From Amphiscolops sp. MND2022 (taxonomy: Eukaryota), in NCBI GenBank assembly GCA_964187785.1, contig OZ076413.1:46564001-46628000 (forward strand): DNA of 64,000 nucleotides, given 5' to 3'. Positions within the stretch are counted from its first letter, which is position 1; every line of letters begins with the position of its first letter. Below the pieces are notes generated by a model. It made no database searches. It worked only from the letters and a program-made list of their open reading frames with translations, and had not been told where the DNA came from. This document shows, one piece after another, positions 57,973 to 64,000 of the stretch. The position numbers and the translations under genes were made by a program.

Positions 57973-60900
57973 TTAATGAAATGCTTAGGGCTAGTAGTTT
58001 TTAGATTCAACAAAATAATAAAGAATTACTAATAACAAATTCGAGTTAATTGCGGTAATCATAAAAAGTGATCAAAGTGCAGAAGTTATTATTTTTCTTG
58101 GAATCACTTGCCAAGTCGAACTTGGCACCATCAATTGTAGACATTTTCTGCAAAAAAATCTTCAAGGTTTGTCTTGTGAGAATATATCATATCGAATGAG
58201 AAACCATTTATTTGGTCTGATTGCAAACTTTAGGAGGGAATACCCACGTCAATAAAAGAGCTCTTAAGCGTTTCGGCTACTTCCAACAGACATAGTTCTA
58301 CAGAATACAGTAGCAAAAATTCAATAAAAGATTTCAAAAAGATGAGCTCCAGTGCAATTTTGCGATTTTGTTTCCCAGTAGAGCTGCTTTTTATCCCAAC
58401 ATTTCAATCCCTGCAGAAGCTAGGGTATTTGGCCGGTGACAGTTTGAATGCGCTATTGAAATGTAGGGCATCGATCAATTACAAGCATCACATTTTGCCA
58501 GACTTTGCTGACAGGTAATCCCTCTGGGGCTTTTCCGAATTTCCTACAACTTTAGTTTGCCAAATAAAGGAAATTTCCATGAAGTATTTTAGGTGATGTA
58601 ATGAAATAACCAATACCAGGCTAGTAAATATAAATTCAAGGTCGGATCAGTTTCAAGGTGATCTTCAGGTGGTCAGTTGTTTTTAGAAAACCCTTTATTC
58701 AAACTTTTTCAACAATGACAGAATAGCGAAACCCTTCTTCAAATTATAACTATATTTTACTAAAATACAACTTTTTTTAAATACCCAGCTGTCTTCAGAA
58801 TTATTCAAGTACATTTATACATTTAGACATTATCAGCTGGATTAAAAAAGACGGGGTCGTCTAATGCCGGCACCCCACTGAAAGCTAAAAGAAAGTCTAG
58901 TGTAAATGAACTCATGGTGGCTTTTGGTAAGTTTTCATACCTTTCAGGGTGTTGAAAATATATATCCAAAAGAGTAACCCGAGGCCTCGGAGAACATTTT
59001 TCTTACAACGAAATTATCGAAAAATACCTACTTTGATGAGAAAAAGATTTCTCAAGAAAAATCGCACAGTGCCGAAAAACCCAAAGATGGGAACCTTCAG
59101 TACAAAAAAAAGATCTTTTTGGAATTTGAAGCACGGGAGAAGCTGAAAAGGGAAGATATTTAGTCCTCGACCGGCATCGAGCCATCAGCCGTCTGCTTGG
59201 AAAACTCCCAAACTACCGGCGACGTGAACAAACTGTTGAATAGGCGACCATTCCCAAACAATTTGTGGTCTTGCGAAAAAAACACGAAAACTTACAGAAT
59301 GCGCCGACTAAAAGCAAAAACCCCAAAATTGAACACTTTGGTATCCATTGGGCTTCGCCAGTTCGATAGCTTAATATCGCAGTGGGTCTCCAGCATATAA
59401 GAAAGATGGAGACAAGATTGCAAAAAAGTTCGCACTTTTTTCAAATTTCACAGTAGAAAATGTTAGAACCGATTACATCAAAGACATTAACGTTACACCG
59501 CTTGATTATGAATCCAATATTGTTTGCAACCATCAATTGCTGTTTGAAAAATATCTGAAAAAATACTACGATAAAAATCGGAATATAATGCGTAATATCA
59601 CGATTGATTTGGTATTGTTTTAACTCCTTACGTTTAAACTGCCAAAAAACTGCTCGCTTTTAGTATACTTCGAAAAGAGATGAACGAAAAACGCACTGGC
59701 ATTACGATATTTTCCGTTAATCAAACAAGATCTTTTTTTGAAGAAGTTAGACACCTTCAAGTTTCAATTATTTTGCAGAGAAAAGTGGCGGAAAAAACAA
59801 ACTAAAAATTTTCCCCTCGTCCTCTCCGATCCCAAAAGACTTTTGTTGGATGTTTTGACACACTTTTGTTACGTGAGATGATCTCGAGAACGCTTTGGAC
59901 TTATTTTTTAAAACTTCGCGTTATTTTAGTCTAAAACGGGTCGACTGTAGACATTCTCGTTTTATAGCTTTTTTGTGTGGGTTAGTTATATCAGTGACAA
60001 CCAAAGAACCTTCCAAATTTCGAGAGGGGCATTGGCACTGCGAAACGTCTTGTACACTGTTGCAAGACGCATTTAGGGAAAATTTTATTTACTTTGAAAC
60101 ATCAATTGTTTTTTGCAGAGAAACAAGATAATCTCAATTGAAAATACCTCCATGAATCTGAAATCCAGTTCATGTATATCGAATTTGGAAAATGCGCTTT
60201 CAAAATCAGTATTTCCACCTTTTCCACCAAAAATAAACAAAGAGGGCACCCTTGGAACTCAAAAACGCTTTTTCCATAAATGATAACATCAAAAACTCAA
60301 CTTAGTTGGACTAAATTTCATGGCAAATTTTGTGTTTTAGTGTAATCAGTAAAACTATGATAAGGACAAAACAATGCGAAAAGCAACGCATTGTCTAAGA
60401 AATATATTTTGCAGGGAGTAAAAAAGTTACATGGAATTTTGTTCCCTATCTCTGCATCAGTCTGTTCCGAACAAGAAAAAAGTTGATTTCAGTCCACAAA
60501 TTGTTTTCCAAATTGTACTCAATTCTAAATCTGTAGGTACCCAATTGTGCCCATATTCCAAAGGGGTCAAAAAATAACTTGAAAATCTTTTCTCGTGGGA
60601 GGTATTTTTAGCATACATAAATTCTTCTATCGTTGATCCGACCTAATCATAAACTTGTACCCCTTTGCCCCTAATTTTTTTCACCTCAATTGATCATCTC
60701 AAGTATGCTTCCTGTTTTCCCTCCCAGAATTTGATTCCAAAGCAGTTATCAGGAAGTACGATTAGGATGACATAGATCAAGTATTTTCACGTCACTTCAC
60801 ACTGTCTGTCATTTTCGAACTTCAAAGTTTTTGTCCCCTGAACCAATTACTTTTGAGATTAGTAGCGCAAAGAACGCCTAAAAGAAAAACGTCTAAAATT

Positions 60901-63278
60901 CAATGTTTTAAGATAGGGAATGAGCATGACTTGGCCTTAGACGTTATTCCCGTTTTGCATATAGATGTTATTCTTTAGACGTTATTCCCGCTCGCCTTTT
61001 GAAATGATTTCAATTTTTCACGTCTGCTTGTTCACGAAAAGTTGAAACGGATATTTTTCATCAAAGTAGCTTGCTTGAAGCTTTGAATTCAAACGGTGTC
61101 AATACTGTTAATTTTTAAGAAATCCACCCCTGCTTCAAGAATAGCACGGCAAGTCCACACGGAGGCAATCTTTTGATGTAAATGTGTAAGAAACCGGAAG
61201 CTGTCTCAACGCTCATTTTCCTTTTTTCCAGATTTCTCAGACTAAATCTTTGACGTAGTCATAAGGAAAAGAATTTTATCAGTAATTTTTCAATTCAATA
61301 GTTTATAATCATTATAACCACTTTTAAAGTGGTGTATTTGCAGGAATTATAATAGAAAATTCGCAGAAAACAATTTTTAGACTCAAAATTCATCAGAAGA
61401 AAACGCAGTGTTTCAAAAAAATTGCAGAAATTTCTTAATAAATGAAAAACTTTGCAGAGCAATAGGTCTTTAGCACATCGGAGTACCTTGGGTTACTCAT
61501 GAACCTTCATGAAGGTTAAAAAAAAACATTTAAAGGATTAAATGCATTTAAAGGGTTAAACATTTAAAGGGTTAAAAACATTTAAAGGGTTAAACCTTCA
61601 TGAAGGTTAAAAAAAAACATTTAAAGGATTTTGCTTGCAAACAAGAACGGCGTTTCGAGTAAATTCAGTTCAAAGAAATTTAATTGTTTTTTCTGGTAGG
61701 CTCTAAAATTCACTTAGCAGCAGTAATGGAGATAAAAATCAGTGTTTTCAGAAATCTTCCCGTAGGCTCTTTCTTCCAAGCGCCTATAACTCTTCTTGAT
61801 AGGTGTAAATTTTGAAGTTCGAAATTTGCTTCAAATGTATTTCAAACGCAACTGACCTTGCTACTGGCTTAATAACATGGAAATTTAAGACGGGGAGATA
61901 AGCTCGGAACCTGCAAAATTCCTGCTTGCGGTAAAGTTAATAACTTTTAGTCCGAGATCAATCAAGTAGACTTGAATCGAACAAATATCAGGTTGTGCGC
62001 AGTACTTCATAAAAGTAACCCTGTTTACAAATACCGGTACACAAAAGTGGGAAATTAGCCTAAAATATTGACTTCAAAAGTTTACGAGTGGGGGAAACAG
62101 ATTGCATATTATTACGTAATGATAAAAAGGACTTTCTTTTTGGGGTCTTGGAATTTTGCCACAAAGTTGGCAAGTTTATGAGAAGGTCATTATCACTAAG
62201 CCATAGTAAATTTAAAGTAAATTATGAAAGTTCAATGGAAACTTAAGTATTTGGCCAAGTTCAATAAGTTATTTTTTTTAATTAGGTTACGTTCATATAT
62301 GTTTGTACCACCAATACATGTAAGCTAGCACCAGCGAACACATCTTGCATATGATTTTAATGAGTTTTATTTTTTTGTCCTTAGTTTTATTTAATGATAA
62401 AATTATACATTTGATGTCTTTCGTAACAGAAGGGAAGAAATATATTCAGCATTAGTTCTGTGATTTTCCAAAGCATTTTATTTAATGAAAAAAATTCAAA
62501 CAACGCTGATCCGATACAAAAGATGTGACCTCTGATTTTGATAAGCCGAATTATCATTTAATTTGCTCATTGTTCTACAATGACCTCACTGACAGGTGTA
62601 AGCAACATCGAAAGAATGCAAAATTCATACAACTTTATAAATGCATGTCTTGACCGCATGAACGAAGTGATACCGGATGTCATAGAAAAATCAAATGGTA
62701 GTTTTCAATGGCATGTCCTGCTTCGTAATGAACGGCTAGCAGGACAATAAGTTGAGCTGAATGACCTCACAATGCTAACATCGATGCAACATCAATGCTT
62801 CTTTAATATTCAGGGAAGGGCCATTCATGCGGTTGGCTTGAAAAGTGCAATCTCTGACAGTTCATCAATAATTCAAAAGACGCCTCAGTTTGTGATCACA
62901 TAATCAATCTTTTTTCTTTTCAATTATTGATACGCCGCAAATGACAAAGCATCGGCGTCATACATGTTTTATGCAATTACATCACAATGAAAACTCAGTG
63001 ACGTAATTTCATTCAGGCCCTTATGCAAAAATTCCTTTCTCGATTTTTGTCTGCGGTGAGTAGCATGAAAAGAACAACACGTCTGCTTATAAGATGTGGT
63101 CGAAGAAGACGTTTGAAAGTAGTAATGTATGTATTCAGCTTAAACAGAGTGATATAAACAAATCCCAGCATAGTTTTACTGACTTTACTGTAGATGTACT
63201 TGGCAGATTATAACGAATAGAGCGAAATGATGACAGAGGCATTTTGCACAGCACGGATTAGATGAGAGTTACTAAGTC

Positions 63279-63703
63279 TTTTTAGTCGGCGCGTTTTCCT
63301 TTTAAGGAAAAATGCCCGACTATAGCAATGACCCTTTTTTCTTTTTTTCTTCAGACTACAATCCTCACACTGATCGGTCCACTTTTTAGAAACAATCCTG
63401 AAACCACCTACGGCCAAGGCAAACTTAGTCCAAAGGGTCCCCCCTTTGGATTTTTTTGGGCACTGTGCGACTTTTTTTCGAAAATTTTTTAATGTCCCCA
63501 GAGGGTCCCCTTCGAGTTTTTTGAAATTTTGCAACAGAATGTATGTTAATAAATCCAAAAGGGTCCCCCTTTTACATTTTTCGGCACTATGCGACATTTT
63601 TCGAAAGAAAAAAATTCAAAAATTTCAAGTTTTTTCCAAAAAAAATGTTTTGCGCTTTTTGAGCCTTAGATATAGCGCCGACTTTAGACGTTCTCGTCTT
63701 GTT
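63279..63703 (+). mobile_element. Helentron/HINE-like repeat, same family
   Basis: Same 5' and 3' ends as 30168-30750. Confidence 0.6.
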
Positions 63704-64000
63704 TTACTAGGTCAAAATAACGTCTTTATTTGAGCTTTTTTTCGCGTTTATGCCCTCGACAGAAAGGTCTACCTCCAGCTCGCAAACAGGAGCAAAAGAT
63801 TCAAAACGCAATTAATGTTCAACCCTAAATGGACGATGATACAATTTCGTACCAGTTAGTTTCTGCAAAGTTCTGAATGCACTAGCTGACCGTAAGATTT
63901 CCAGACAATTTCACATAACATTGAACCCCGGGTCGACCCTCCATGGATATCTTAGTAAGATCTTGGCAAGATCTTGCCAAGATCTTGGAAAAATCTTAGC

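Noticed and set aside
54066..64000. Upstream exons (signal peptide, N-terminal helix) of the channel gene
   Set aside because: No convincing exon ending in phase 0 was found; probably beyond the window, or too short to spot.

Overview
Animal (metazoan) genomic DNA, AT-rich and repeat-dense, with a 200-N scaffold gap at 22433-22632. The backbone is a minus-strand Cys-loop ligand-gated anion channel gene (GABA-A/glycine-receptor superfamily). I reconstructed nine phase-compatible coding exons (54065 down to 500); the 5' exons were not found. The ~27 kb last intron holds a young, apparently complete 15.9 kb Ty3/Gypsy LTR retrotransposon (5362-21249) with 2.15 kb LTRs, a 5-bp TSD (ACGCA) and gag-pol joined by a candidate -1 frameshift. 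Between pol and the 3' LTR, the element carries an antisense gene with four GT-AG introns, encoding ~1,150-1,180 aa: an acidic N-terminus, a BED-type zinc finger and what looks like a catalytically dead hAT transposase body. Gag starts 114 codons inside the LTR, an architecture repeated in a related solo LTR (1933-3456). The rest is a decayed Gypsy element, tRNA-derived SINEs, several MITE families (hAT-, piggyBac-, Mutator-, Helentron-like and TA-target), and long palindromes. All protein family calls come from motif recognition by eye; no searches were run.
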